64,000 nucleotides of DNA from Octopus sinensis. Taxonomy: Eukaryota. Below the pieces are notes generated by a model. It had not been told where the DNA came from, searched no databases, and saw nothing but the letters and a program-made list of their open reading frames with translations. Shown piece after piece: positions 1 to 13,742 of this stretch. The stretch is from the NCBI RefSeq assembly GCF_006345805.1, contig NC_043012.1:45384001-45448000 (forward strand), given 5' to 3'. Both the position numbers and the translations under genes were made by a program. Numbering within the stretch: position 1 is the first letter of the stretch; every line of letters begins with the position of its first letter.

Positions 1-166
1 TAGGTGAGAAAACAGACGGCAAGGAAGGAATTTGACATGAACATTTTAAAAATATCAAGTCAAAGTCAGAGTCGGGTTATAATGTTTCTTAGTTGCTCAG
101 CGAGGGTTTAAAATTTCTCCGTCATTGTACGTAAAAATACCCACCAGGAAAAAAAACAACAACATA

Positions 167-523
167 TATCCTGCTGCATTTAAACTAAAAGTTATTGAAG
201 TTGCTGAGAAGACAAATAACTGTGTAGCAGCAAGAGAATTTTGAATTTGTGAATCGATCGTTGATTCATGGAAGAGAATATCAGTTGAAACTATTGTCAG
301 ATCATGCAAAAAATGTGGAATTTCGAATGCATTGGATGGTACAGAAGACAATTGTCTATGGGATGACATGGATTGCGAAGACGTGGATGATGTGCTTCGT
401 CTAACCATGGACAGCAAAGATGAAGATGAAGAAAATCCTTACGATGACATCCTTCATCCTGATGATTACAAAACTTTACGCAGTGCTGAAGATGATGAAC
501 AGCGTGACGTTTTTGGATTTTAA
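167..523 (+). pseudogene. Internally deleted pogo-family (POGK-like) transposase remnant
   Basis: One frame reads YPAAFKLKVIEVAEKTNNCVAAREF* (Brinker-type DNA-binding N-terminus), then directly ICESIVDSWKRISVETIVRSCKKCGISNALDGTEDNCLW (typical pogo DDE C-terminal motif) and an acidic tail. Confidence 0.7.
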
Positions 524-1439
524 TGAACTTTTGTGTGTAAAATGTTTAAGATGTACCACGTGCCGTGATTGTACTTTAAAGGCTGTGTTACCGGAAATAT
601 CTATTTCACTTTTGTTTGCATAAAGAAAAAAATGCAAATTTATTGATTCGTATTGACATTCTTTAATTATTTTGATATTTGTTTTAGCTTCACTAAATTT
701 ATAAAAAATAAAAATGCAACACAGGAATTGTTACGGTAGTCTCAAATCCGGGCCCAGAAGAATATAACGTTTCCAGTGGAGAATGTTGGTGGTGGAAAGT
801 GGTGTTGTGCTTCTACTTCTTTTATCAATTTTGGTATTTAAAACATTAAGTTGCATTTAATTAATTAGAAATAAAAATGCACCACTAATATACTGCGCCA
901 TAATACACTTGTGATGAGTGTGACTTTAACCATGTATATGAAAACAGTTTAATGCTATTGAAGAGTTATTACGGTAGGTAGTGGCACGCCGTAACCTGGT
1001 GGATATGTGACCGGTGGTAATATAACAAAATTATAAGACATAAATTGATTCCACTCAGCTAGTCTGTTAAGTTTGGGGGATACAAAAAAAAAGAGTAAGG
1101 ATAAATAATTAGAAGACCTGCGCGGTCTTGTTGATGAGTTATCTTATTTACTAGGACGTGTGTTTTGATGCACAAAATTGGTAATATTACTGTAACTCAT
1201 TTTTTTTCGCATAGAGATTAATTGGGCTTCAGCTGCTGATACGGTAGTTTGGATTCTAGCTTTAATTTAAGCCCCTCGAAAGTACTATCCATGTAATAGT
1301 CGACCCCATAAATTTGGCATTCACAAATGGTCTGAAAAATAAATTCATTTTTTATGCGAGTACATACGGTATCCAAAATTCTGACTGCCCCTATTTCCTA
1401 ATATATACTATCTGTACATCACTTCAAACACGCTACTCA

Positions 1440-1465
1440 CACGCACACAAACACATACACACACA

Positions 1466-1508
<43 letters not shown>

Positions 1509-1699
1509 CACACACACACACATACACCCGCACGCACATTCACACACGTGCGCGCAAACACACATATGTACGACGGATTTCTTTCAGTTTCCGTCTACCA
1601 TTCATAAGGATTTCTTTAGGTCTAGGTTATAATGGAAGACACTGAACGAGGATGACCACGCAGTGAGACTAAATCCAAACCCATGTGGTTCTTACCACG

Positions 1700-1791
<92 letters not shown>

Positions 1792-1797
1792 ATATAT

Positions 1798-1832
<35 letters not shown>

Positions 1833-1900
1833 TGTGGGTGTGTGTGTGTGTGTGTATATATACAGAGATAGATAGATAGACAGAGAGAGAGATAGAGAGA
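1440..1900. repeat. (CA)n, (TA)n, (TG)n and (GA)n microsatellite cluster
   Basis: Directly visible dinucleotide runs; they produce the spurious HT/YI/CV ORFs. Confidence 0.95.
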
Positions 1901-2012
1901 ATCAGACACAGAAATACCGTGTGATTAATTAGTATACTCATATCTTATAATAAATCGCCAGAGGAACAAGAAACAACCTGTAGTTGTTCTTTCATTAAAC
2001 AAATACACATAA

Positions 2013-2062
<50 letters not shown>

Positions 2063-2067
2063 ATGTG

Positions 2068-2100
<33 letters not shown>

Positions 2101-2229
2101 CCTGTGTGTGTGTGCATATGTATGTATATATAGTGAAATAAATAAAATATATGCATACATACAAACATATATGTACGTACCTACATCTACATGTACATAT
2201 ACATGCATATATAAATATATACGTAAGTA

Positions 2230-2452
2230 TAGGACACCACAACTAGACGTAGAACTCAACGAGAAACAAAAGCGGAAAAACAAGCATGAAACAAACCATT
2301 TTTTTACAACAGAAAAACAGAGTACAAGACAAACTACACAAGGAAAAATCCCCTTCATCAGCTGTCTCTAGTTCAACTCTAGCGTGTTTCGAAGGTAAGA
2401 CAGAACACGACTCGTCGAAACTAGCCCTTCCTGCGTGAGAATTAAAATAAAA
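2230..2452 (-). mobile_element. Dispersed repeat family 'X', probable PLE 3' terminal region, copy 1
   Basis: Shares gagtacaagac...ccccttcatcagctg...gtgtttcgaaggtaag...aaataaaatt with 19030-19160 (opposite strand) and 21290-21420. Confidence 0.55.
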
Positions 2453-2632
2453 TTACATCGCAGAGGGGTAAAAACAAGAAAGAAAAAAAATATGTATATT
2501 TATATTATATGAAATATATATATATATAAATATATACATATATGTATATGTGTATGTGAGTGTGTTTGTATGAGTGTGGCTTTGTGTGTGTGTCGATATA
2601 GATAGATAGATACATAAACACACACACACACG

Positions 2633-2688
<56 letters not shown>

Positions 2689-2699
2689 TTTTTTTCTGT

Positions 2700-2850
2700 T
2701 ATTCGTTTACTTGTTTCAGTAACTTGACTGCGGCCATGCAGTGAACGGCTTCAGTCGAACAAATCGATCCCGGACATTTTTCTAAAGCCCAGTACCTATT
2801 GTATCGGGGTCTTTTTGCCGAACCGCTAAGTTACGTGGATGTAATCACTA
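2700..2850 (-). mobile_element. 3' part of tRNA-derived CORE-like SINE
   Basis: Reverse complement matches the SINE tail at 10780-10915 (taacttagcggttcggcaaaa...gaaacaagtaa). Confidence 0.8.
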
Positions 2851-2869
2851 ACCCATTTTGATTGCAAGA

Positions 2870-3965
2870 CTAGCTACTTCTACTATCTTGCCAAAATCGA
2901 TAAGAATCAAACTAGTAAGAATACATGTAAAGAACCAACTTCAAGTTGCATAAGCATAAAATATCCCACCGACCCTAAATTTAGACCAATTGTAGAAGGC
3001 TCGATCTGTGAAGCACACAGATTCAACACATTTTTAGATATATAGCTAAAACCTATATTCTAAAATACCTACCAAATCTTGTAAGAGACGATCTGGACTT
3101 AAACGACCTCACAGATTCCCGAAACAATGATATCATTTTTGAATCTTTTGATGTGGTAAACCTCTGTACCACTATCCCACACCGATATGGACTAGATGGA
3201 ATACATTTCTCGCTTGAGAACTTCCTTCTCGAAATTCCGGACAGAATTGAAAAATTTTCATCATTGAAGGCTTAAAGTTTATCCTCGAAGACAACTTTTT
3301 TGACTGGGACTGCGATGAGGACAAAAGTTGCTCTGACTGGCGCCAATCTAGTAATGGCTTACATAGAGGTCCAAATATATGAATAATCAAATCTAAATTG
3401 GGCTTGAACTTCGACAAATATCTACAAGAAAACTGTAAACGTTACCTAGATGATTGCCTAAACCCATGGACGCACATATTTGAGCAGCTTATATATTTCA
3501 AAAGCCAATTGAAACTATAATATAAACATCACCATTGAATACAGTAGTAAAACTCAATTAACATCCCTTGATATATTAATCATCAAAAGAGATAAAAACA
3601 TTAAAACAGACATTCACTACAAAGAAAAATATTCAAAACAATACTTACTGTTCTCCTCATGCAATCCCGAACACACGAAGAATAATATTCACTTTAATCT
3701 AGTAAGAAGAATCTGCACAATTGTCTCCAACTCTGAAACTCGCAATAAAAGACTGTACGAACTAAAACAACTACTACTTAAAAGACAATATCCATTAAAG
3801 TTAATAGATAACGGAATAGAACGTGGCAAAGCAATAAATATCCAAGAATTACGAATAACGAAAAACGCTCCAGGTAGATCCAATTATCTACCCTTTATTG
3901 CAACACACAACCAAAGACATACAGAGGCTTACAATATTATCCACCAAACCATCCCACTACTAAGT
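2870..3965 (+). pseudogene. Degenerate Penelope-like element reverse transcriptase fragment
   Basis: Broken frames give KFRPIVEG, SFDVVNLCTTIPH and HTKNNIHFNLVRRICTIVSNSETRNKRLYELKQLLLKRQYP...LPFIATHN; many stops and frameshifts. Homologous to the 42551-42817 ORF. Confidence 0.8.
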
Positions 3966-4646
3966 CCCAAGAATGAAAGAATTATTCGAAATACAGAAAA
4001 TGCATTGATTTTCATTTAAACGATGGAATCGAAAGTTAAAGAGTTCCATCTTAAGGTTTGAAATTCGTTCAGAAATTTGAAAAGGTTAAAATGAAAAAAC
4101 AAATCAATCGAACAATATATCAAAAAATCAGTAACATAAAGATTCATGAAGATAGTAAAGCGAAAAATCGACGTATAGCTCATTGATATTAACATCGTGA
4201 ATCCTGGATTATTTAAGAGAAATTGGAGGCAATATTTGTTATGTTCATTCCTGTTTCAGTTCATGATACTATGATACTGTTATTATATTGTAATTATCAT
4301 TTTTATAAATTGTGTCATTATTTTTCAATGTATATATTGAGTGTATTGATAATTTTTGTCGATGAATTGATTCTTATTGCCAATTAAATGTGATGTAGTT
4401 ATTTACGAAAATAAAGAAAAAAGTTTAGTGATGGATTTACTCTGTTGGCAAAAAGCATGACGATTAATTTAACAACAAAGCATTGTGTGAAAACAAGTTT
4501 CATTGAAATTTCTAAGTTACACTCCCTTTGATATATATATATACATATGTGTGTGCATATATATATATATGTGTATATATATGTATATATGTATGTGTAT
4601 ATATAACAGGTTGAGTGCCCTTATTCGTTTGTCCAATGACTCCTAT

Positions 4647-4706
<60 letters not shown>

Positions 4707-4965
4707 TATTATATGAAATATATATATATATAAATATATACATATATGTATATGTGTATGTGTGTGTGTTTGTATGAGTGTGGCTTTGTGTGTGTGTCGA
4801 TATAGACAGATAGATAAAGATATAGATATAAATATGTACTCGTTTATTGTGACAGGAGATTATTTCTTTGCTTCTAAACAGGTGAGGCGCGATGACGAGA
4901 AGTACAGCCGGGCATAAGAAATCGTCAAAGAACTCCATACGTACATGTGTATATATATATATATA

Positions 4966-5335
4966 CTAGCAGTATCACCCGGCGTTGCTAGGGTTTGTTT
5001 CGGCCCTTAGAATTGGAAATTTTGAAAAGTAAAAATTTGCATTATGTAGCTTGTTATTCTCTTTTAAGCGAACATTTTTCTGGTTGAAATACACCGAAAA
5101 GTGACGACAAAGCAGTCAAAAAATCATAAAAAAAAGCACCTTTTTGATGTAAATAATTTTTGGTGTTAACATGGTCCGATTTTAATTTTTTTTCTTCTAC
5201 GAAAGGAAGAGCAAGCCTTCTTCTATCTTACTCTCAATTTTGGTCAACTTGCACCGCAGGGTCTCGGAGGAGATAGTGTTAGTTAAAGGCTACCAAACCT
5301 GCTATACACAGACAACTTCAGCTTCATATATATAT
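4966..5335 (-). mobile_element. Non-autonomous Helitron-like element
   Basis: On the minus strand it ends with a subterminal hairpin (cccggcgttgctaggg, 4978-4993) followed by CTAG; the other end abuts (TA)n. Confidence 0.55.
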
Positions 5336-5477
5336 ATATATATACACACAATTGCAGCTATTTAAGAACATAGAAAAACCGTCATTTGTGTCAAAATATT
5401 GTCATTACTTTGAAACCACGACCTGTTCACTGACAAAACTTACCGCTGCATCTGAGAGAATAACAGTTAGGTCATGA

Positions 5478-5800
5478 TATATATGTGTTTATGTATGTAT
5501 GCATGTATGTATGTATGTATGTATGTATGTATGTAGTATGCATGTATGTATGTATGTATGTATGCATGTATGTGTGCATGTATGTATATGCATACGTGCG
5601 CATGCATATACGCATGTACACATGTATGTATGTATATATGTATGTATGTATTTGAACATTTACGTATGCAAGTGTGTAGACGTGTCTGCGTGTGTGTATA
5701 TGTGTATGTACAAGTAAATGTGTGTTTATGTACTGATATGTATGTCTGTTCAAGTTGTATATATATATGTTATTCCATCGACGGTTGTATATATATATAT
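5478..5800. repeat. (TATG)n and mixed RY microsatellite
   Basis: Visible tandem TATG/TG/TA units. Confidence 0.9.
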
Positions 5801-5974
5801 ATATATATTACTTACACCACCATGTAAGTGTGAATGGCTAGAATATCTTAGATACATACATGCGAATATAAACATATCTGAACATATATAGAAGTATATA
5901 CACTATCTCATAAACATATGCACACACATATTTACGCATAATCTTACAACATACACATAGAGAACGTTTATCCA

Positions 5975-6171
5975 TCTACAGATATATCTCTCATGGGCCC
6001 GCTTTCCCGGTTTCAATGGCGTATGCGACGCCAGTCCATCGCAGCGTTACTCATTTTTGCCAGCTGAGTGGACTGAAGCAACGTGAAATGAAGTGTTTTG
6101 CTCAGTCCAGGAATCGAAACCACAATCTTACGATCATGATTCTGACACCCTAATCAATAAGTCACGCGCCT

Positions 6172-6172
<1 letters not shown>
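5975..6172 (-). mobile_element. tRNA-derived SINE (family with ccactcagctggcaaaaatgagta core)
   Basis: Minus strand has a tRNA-like head (B-box-like ggtttcgattcc) and a core shared with 46675-46920. Confidence 0.7.
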
Positions 6173-6216
<44 letters not shown>

Positions 6217-6477
6217 CATATATATATAGGTATATACATACATATACATGCTTATACAAAGTCATACACACGTACATACACACACACTCACATACACACA
6301 CATCTACATATACGTACATACATATAAATCTATGTACACTCATACAACTATATATTATTACACATAAACACACATATCTATAAAGTATCCAACATGTATA
6401 TATGAATTTCTACATGTAAATGAGAGAAAGAGGTGATTATAAAAGGGTATTACTTTTTATAAAAGGGTATTACTGGC

Positions 6478-6716
6478 AAGGCGGCGAGCTGGCAGAAACG
6501 TTAGCACGCCGGGCGAAATGCTTAGCGGTATTTCGTCTGCGTTACGTTATGAGTTCAAATTCCGCCGAGGTCGACTTTGCCTTTCATCCTTTCGGGGTCG
6601 ATAAATTAAGTACCAGTTACGCACTAGAGTCGATGTAATCGACTTAATCCGTTTGTCTGTCCTTGTTTGTCCCCTCTGTGTTTAGCCCCTTGTGGGTAAT
6701 AAAGAAATAGGTATTA
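6478..6716 (+). mobile_element. tRNA-derived SINE (Meta/MESC-like core), copy 1
   Basis: A/B-box-like head (ggcgagctggc...gagttcaaattcc) and core gtcgactttgcctttcatcctttcggggtcgataaa; near-identical to 8206-8441. Core name is from recall. Confidence 0.85.
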
Positions 6717-7482
6717 CTCCATTCCAATCTGGGTGTTACCCCCGTTTGGATTTACGGTTGCACATACATGCATACATACTTGCATGTTTGTGTATATATA
6801 TATACATACACACACATATACATATGTATGTTGTCACTCAGACACACAGTCACTCATACAAACGCACATATACACGCACGTATATCTGTTTGCGTGTATG
6901 TGTATTCGTAGTGTTATCATTATTGATTTCAAGAACTGAATGTCACTAGTTCTTCCTTTTCGTTCTGAATGATATAGACAATGTCATCTGAATGTAAAAG
7001 GATATTTTGATCCAATTATTGCTAAATGACATATGATACATCCTGAATTCTGAAGTCTACAGTGCGATTTAGATATAATTCAGAATAATTTAAGTCGTCT
7101 ACTTCTGTATAATGCATGATTTATATATAATTTTCTCTTCGTATACGTTCAAATTCCACCATAGCAAGGCCTGTCGTTCATGTTAGAAGGAACGTTCATA
7201 CATAGTTTTTGTTGTTGTTTCATACCAGGTCACAACTCATCAAACACTTGCCTGATTTTTATCAGCCTTTGTAGGCACCAGTTCAATATATCTCTATGGC
7301 ATATGATGCAGGTTAAGAAACAACGGCTTTACCTTGAGATCTTTAAAAGACGGAAACAGTGACATTTCCATATCATGTGATATCATAAATACGGTAAGAA
7401 ATATATATCCAGGTATAATTCGGCTAATTGGGTAATTTCTGTAATACCGAGGTGAACGGTGAGTGTCATGGAATTATTGAAC

Positions 7483-7915
7483 ATGCTTGGCTGTCTGGTA
7501 AGAAGCTTGATTCCTATCCACATGGTTCCGGGTTCACATTGGACAAGTGTCTAGTACTATAGTCCCGAGCCAACCAAAGACTTGTGAGTGTATGTGGTGG
7601 GCGGAAACTGAAAGAAGACCATCGCGTGTATATATATATACATACACACATACATACATGTATATATGTGTGTGTGTGCGTGTGTATATGTATGTCCTCG
7701 TTTCTGTGCTTGTTCCTCTCCACCACCTGACAACAAGTGTGGGTGTGTTTACGCCCCCATAACTTAGCGGTTAGGCAAAAGAGTCCGATAGAATAAGTGC
7801 CGCTGTTAGCAAGATCTTTGTACCAGGGTCGACTCGTTCGACTAAAACAATTCTTCAAGGCTCTGCCCCAACAACATGGCCGCAGTCTAATGACGGAAAC
7901 AAGTAAAAAAGATAA
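7483..7915 (+). mobile_element. Diverged tRNA-derived CORE-like SINE
   Basis: Head tggctgtctggtaag...ggttccgggttca, internal TA/TG tract and tail, collinear with 10505-10917. Confidence 0.8.
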
Positions 7916-8205
7916 CTGATAATTTGTAATTGGAGTGGCTGTGAGGTGGAAGGGGTAGGAAAGAACGAGAGGGCATCAAGTGTGTGGATAGGTACAAGCA
8001 AAAGAGTGGAGGGGAGGAGAGGTGTAGGGTCTGCAGCAGATGCTGGGGAGATGAAGATGTTGGGAAGGAGACTCCCTACCACACAGGCACGGCTACGCTT
8101 TATTGGATAAAACCATACTAGTGCATAAAATATTTCATTATGCCCCGATGCTCTTTATTTTTCGGTCTTAAATATACCATTGTTCCATCAGCAATGGTAT
8201 CATTA

Positions 8206-8441
8206 AGCGGCGAGCTGGCTTAATCGTTAGCACGCCGGGCAAAATACATAGCCGTATTTCGTCTGCCGTTACGTTCTGAGTTCAAATTCCGCCGAGGTCG
8301 ACTTTGCCTTTCATCCTTTCGAGGTCGATAAATTAAGTACCAGTTACGCACTAGGGTCGATGTAATCGACTTAATCCGTTTGTCTGTCCTTGTTTGTTCC
8401 CTCCGTGTTTAGCCCCTTGTGGGTAGTAAAGAAATAGGTAT
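8206..8441 (+). mobile_element. tRNA-derived SINE (Meta/MESC-like core), copy 2
   Basis: Near-identical to 6478-6716. Confidence 0.85.
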
Positions 8442-8849
8442 CATTAATAAGAGACCAATGAAATGAGTTGGTACGTTTACCGAAGCAGCGTACATCAGGT
8501 TACTCACTCTGGAGTTTTCGGTGTATAGTATGAGACGTTTTCAACTCCATGTCAAGAAAATGATTTCATAAACATCTTCAGCAACTAATCTTTATAGATA
8601 ATAACAGTAACATCTTTGAGAGGATTGAGTAGTTTTAACTAGACTTCAGTAAAATTATACACCTTATGCCTTAATCCATGTAATCGCTTTCACCGGAAAT
8701 GGTAGGTTAATTGGTTGACGCACAATGTATAATACATATGCCGATACCATTACTGATGGAACAATGGTATATTTAAAACTGGGAAATAAAGAACATCGGT
8801 ACATAATGAAATATTTTATGCACTAGTAAGATTTTGTTGAATAAAGGGC

Positions 8850-8948
8850 AGCCATGGCTGTGTGGTAAGGAATCTGCTTCCCGAACACATGATTCCGGGT
8901 TCAGTCTCACTGCATGACACCTTGGGCAAGTGTCTCCTACCATAGCCT
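8850..8948 (+). mobile_element. SINE head fragment
   Basis: atggctgtgtggtaag...ttccgggttcagtc...accttgggcaagtgtc, truncated at (TA)n. Confidence 0.75.
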
Positions 8949-8980
8949 ATATATATATATATATAATATATATATATATA

Positions 8981-9910
8981 TAATTCATAAATGAGGGCAA
9001 AGGATAAAAAATTCCTAATGCCAAATATGCCGAAAAATTGGACATATTGTCCATTAAACATATAATTTTTTCAGAAAGCGCACGCTACTCGAAAAAAGGT
9101 CGACAGAAATTTCTAAAAATTCCATTATTACCATATCGGACCGATTTCAGAGTTAGCTACTAAGAGCCCCCTCTTCGTCAGTGATACATGTGGTAGAAGG
9201 AATAAATGAGATACTTAATCGCACCCATGGAAGAAGCAAACACTAAGTCATGAGCACAACTAAGTACGCCAAATACATCCAAAATAGAAATACTCCAGCC
9301 CATTCAAGACACGTGCGATTTGAACTGAGGCTCTCACAGAGTGAGATAGTCCGGAAGTGAACGCTTAAATTTATATCTAATGAGGATAAAATTTCTTTCG
9401 AAAAAAATATTTCTTTTGAAAAAAATTTTATCAATGGCCAGCATATCAAAAAATACCTTTAAAGGTTAAATTTATAAATAATTCATAAATGAGGGCAACG
9501 GAAAAAAAATTTCTAATGCCAAATATGCCGAAAAATTGGACATATTGTCCATTAACCATATAATTTTTTCAGAAAGCGCACGCTACTCGAAAAAAGGTCG
9601 ACAGAAATTTCTTGCCACATGTATCACTGACGAAGAGAGGGCTCTTAGTAGCTAACACTGAAATCGATCCGATATGGTAATAATGGAATTTTTAGAAATT
9701 TCTGTCGACCTTTTTTCGAGTAGCGTGCGCTTTCTGAAAAAATTATATGGTTAATGGACAACATGTCCAATTTTTCGGCATATTTAGCATTAGAAATGTT
9801 TTCCCTTTGCCCTCATTTATGAATTATTTATAAATTTAACCTTTAAAGGTATTTTTTGATATGCTGGCCATTGATAAATTTTTTTTCGAAAGAAATTTTA
9901 TCCTCATTAG

Positions 9911-9915
<5 letters not shown>
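8981..9915. repeat. Complex inverted/direct triplicated ~300-bp unit bounded by (TA)n
   Basis: 8981-9193 and 9372-9612 are forward partial copies; 9615-9915 is a reverse-complement copy. Confidence 0.9.
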
Positions 9916-9941
<26 letters not shown>

Positions 9942-10142
9942 ATCCAAACATGAAAACACCAAGAGAGAACACAACAATGCGAGGACGTGGAACAAATATA
10001 GTATTATTGAACGCTCAGGAAGGAAGGGAAGAAGGAGGGTTTTACGTTTCGAGCGGAGCTCTTCCTCAGAAACATAGGAAAAGGAAAGATCCAGAGAAGG
10101 GAAGACGGAGGAAAAAAATCGCCAACGGTATACACGCGGTCA

Positions 10143-10270
10143 CATGTGTGTGTGTGTGTGTGTCTGTGTGTGTGTGTGTGTGTGTGTGCGTGTGTGTGTG
10201 TGAGTGTGTGTGTATGTGTGCATGTGTGTGTGAATGTGTGTGTGTGTGTGTGTGAGTGTGTAGACACACA
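10143..10270. repeat. (TG)n microsatellite
   Basis: Visible run. Confidence 0.95.
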
Positions 10271-10309
10271 CACATCTGTGAGTATTTGAGTCTATGTATG
10301 ATCTCTTCC

Positions 10310-10500
10310 CTGCTTGATTACCGGTGTTGGTGTTCCTGTCCCCATGATTTGTGGATTCGGTAAAAGAGCCCGATAGAATAAGTACTAAGCTAAAAAAATA
10401 TAAGTTCTCGGGTCGATTCGTTCAGCTAAAAAATTTTAAGCCAGTGTCTGAGCATGACCGCGGTCTAATGACCGAAAACATTGAAAATAAAAGCAGAATA
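10310..10500 (+). mobile_element. Diverged SINE 3' part
   Basis: ccggtgttggtgtt...gatagaataagtact...gggtcgattcg matches the tail of the adjacent full copy. Confidence 0.7.
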
Positions 10501-10504
10501 TGTC

Positions 10505-10650
10505 AGGAGTGGCTGTGTGGTAAGTAGCTTACCACACGGTTCCGGCTTCAGTCCACTACGTGGCACCTTGGGCAAGTATCTTCTTTTATAGCCTCGGGTC
10601 GACCAAAGCCTTGTGAGTGGATTTGGTAGACGGAAACTGAAAGGAGCCCG

Positions 10651-10691
<41 letters not shown>

Positions 10692-10917
10692 TGTGTGTGT
10701 GTGTATGTATATGTTTGTGCGTCTGTGTTTGTCCCCCCACCATCGCTTGACAACAGATGGTGGCGTGCTAACATTCCCGTAACTTAGCGGTTCGGCAAAA
10801 GAGACCTATAGAATAAGTACTATGCTTACAAAGAATAAGTCCTGGGGTCGATTTGCTCGACTAAAGGCAGTGCTCCGGCATGACCGCAGCCAAATGACTG
10901 AAACAAGTAAGAGAGTA
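10505..10917 (+). mobile_element. Full-length tRNA-derived CORE-like SINE
   Basis: tRNA-like head, CORE-like caccttgggcaag motif, internal (TA)n/(TG)n and conserved tail; many other copies in the window. Confidence 0.85.
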
Positions 10918-12246
10918 TTCAGACTTTCAAAACAGTCAAACACTCACTGAAATCCAACGACGTTTAATCCAAAGCTCTTATTTAATCTCGCATATCTCTC
11001 TCATCCTTCCCGTTAGTATCGTTTCAAACAGATAATCTTCACTTGAAAGCAGTGAAAATGCTAGCATCTTGCTCATTGAAATATACTAACTTTTAAAGTT
11101 TTTGTTATACAAATCTGATTGGTTACTTGTTTTATTGTAAGTGAAGTCTACACTTAACGTACGACACTTTAGTTCATTATTTTCTTCTCATATAGATTTG
11201 TGGCCTTAATCCGCGTCTATAAAATAAAGAACTCTGATTTCCGTCTTGAGCTTTTGACCCATTATTGGCTTCCACTCTCATTCTGCTTTTCAAGAGAGTT
11301 AGTTGATTAGTCATTATGGAATGATTTTTCCTTTCCACAGTCCACCCAAACCGTATGCCAGTAACCTTACTAAATGTCATAGTTTGATCTCGTCTGTATC
11401 AGATGATTAATCTTCTCCCTCTTCTTAGCAAGCTCATGGATATTGTCTGTATATTTGTCAAATGAAAGAACGCGCTCACGGAAATTAATGTAGAAAGGGA
11501 ATCATCTTTGAATTCTCACGGTTCTACTTTTTCGTCTTCTTGTTGTGGTTGCTGCTGTTGTTGCTGGTCACAGTGTTGTATGTAGGACCACTTGTGTCAT
11601 ATTTTCATTTTGTAAATATATTTTCAAATATTGTTACTTAAACAACCACAGAACAAGGAAACAAAGTAAACCTCATTGTGATTTGAAAACACGGCAAACC
11701 GTTTTCAATAATAACACACCGCATTTCAGATAATCCATCATTGCAGTATTTCTTTTCTGCTATATCACATAGACGAGAAACACACTATGATGAAATGGAG
11801 TGATCGTATGCAACAATGTCATTCTGTTGAATTTCAGAGCTTAAAATACGAAGTTTAAGATTTAGAAAATAAAGACTTTCACAAATGAATTTAATGTTGA
11901 TGATCTTCAAGAAACATCTGAAATACTTCACCGTTGACAGAGCAAAAGTCTATAAATGAATTGCAATAGACAATTAAATAGTTTACCATAAACTCTGTCG
12001 GACTTCTATAAAGTGTAATTCTATGTCAGTGTAATTTGTCTCCGAAGAGTTGTTCGGAGACAAATTATATGAGAGGCAAGCAGGATTAGAATGCATTGAC
12101 GATTGCATTATGAGTTTCATTAGAACATTCAAGGTTCATGTTATAACAAGATGTTCGTTAAGTGAATCTAAAGACAGGCTTTATCGTTTACATTTCATAC
12201 TTCAATGTGCAGTATCCTTTCAAGAAACAGTCGTACACAGTACAAT

Positions 12247-12288
<42 letters not shown>

Positions 12289-12343
12289 GTATGTATGCAT
12301 GTATGTATGTATGTATACATATATACATATGTATATATATCCA

Positions 12344-12374
<31 letters not shown>

Positions 12375-12649
12375 TTGTGTATTTATATGTGTATGTATGC
12401 ATGCACACGTACATACACAGAAACACAAACACGCGCACACACACACGCGTACACACACCCACACACACACACACAAATATTCAAATATGCGTGCAAATAT
12501 ATGTGAGCGGTTGTCTGTGATTTTATGATAGTATGATAGCATAGATATATGGCTTTTATGCCTAATAGAGATTTAATCTCTCTAATATTCTCTTTTCATC
12601 TCTGAAGGCGCTCCCCTCCTCTAATATTATTTCTGTTCTTTGAGTGTGA

Positions 12650-12680
<31 letters not shown>

Positions 12681-12735
12681 ATATAATATATATATATATA
12701 TATATGATATATATGTGTGTACATATATGCATACA

Positions 12736-12820
<85 letters not shown>

Positions 12821-13000
12821 TACATACACGCAAATACAAAAGGAAAGATAATAAGTTAGACAGAGTGAGAGAGATTTATAGAAAGAGGACATATGTGCGG
12901 GCGTGTGTGTGGGTATTTAGCTATATCAATGATAAGATTAAAAACATATGTGTTCACTGACAAAGGCATATTCAACATACACACCGCTCACAAACACGCA

Positions 13001-13055
<55 letters not shown>

Positions 13056-13644
13056 AGGCACACAAGCACACACATATAGATATCTGTACTTACATATATA
13101 ATACATACATATATACATACATGCATGACTGCATATATGGATACGTGTTGAAGTAAATAGATATGTGTGTGTGCGTGTGTTACATAATTCATATATGTAT
13201 GAATCCAGATTCCTTTCATTCGATCGCTAAACGTTATGAATTCGATAACTTCAGAAGTTCAATACAATCAATGCAGATCTAAGCAGATCAATAGCCAAAC
13301 AAACAATCCTACTGATCAAAGAAGACAAATTTTCATAACTCTACTCTGTCTACGTATCTAAGATATGTTGACTAAACACATTAATTTGCTTAACGTCTTT
13401 AGTGCAAATATCTCTCTCTTGATCTCAATGCAAATCTCTTAGGATATGATTATGGTAGCTGCCATATGTAGGCAACGACGCTTGCACTTTCACATTCCTG
13501 CATTCATTGATGCACACACACACGCAAACACAGGCACACAAAAGAATATGTGTGTACGCGTGTGCTTGTGATTGTATGTATGTATGGATGTATGTACATA
13601 TAGATATATATTTGTGTATATATATATATATATTATATATATAT

Positions 13645-13680
<36 letters not shown>

Positions 13681-13705
13681 CATACATATATACATACATA
13701 TATGG

Positions 13706-13742
<37 letters not shown>

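Noticed and set aside
10505-10580. SINE heads as tRNA genes (also 6478, 8206, 33453)
   Set aside because: They have A/B-box similarity but no cloverleaf, and continue into SINE body sequence.
11177-11560. Non-repetitive minus-strand ORF pieces
   Set aside because: Interrupted by stops; no motif or splice signals I can support.
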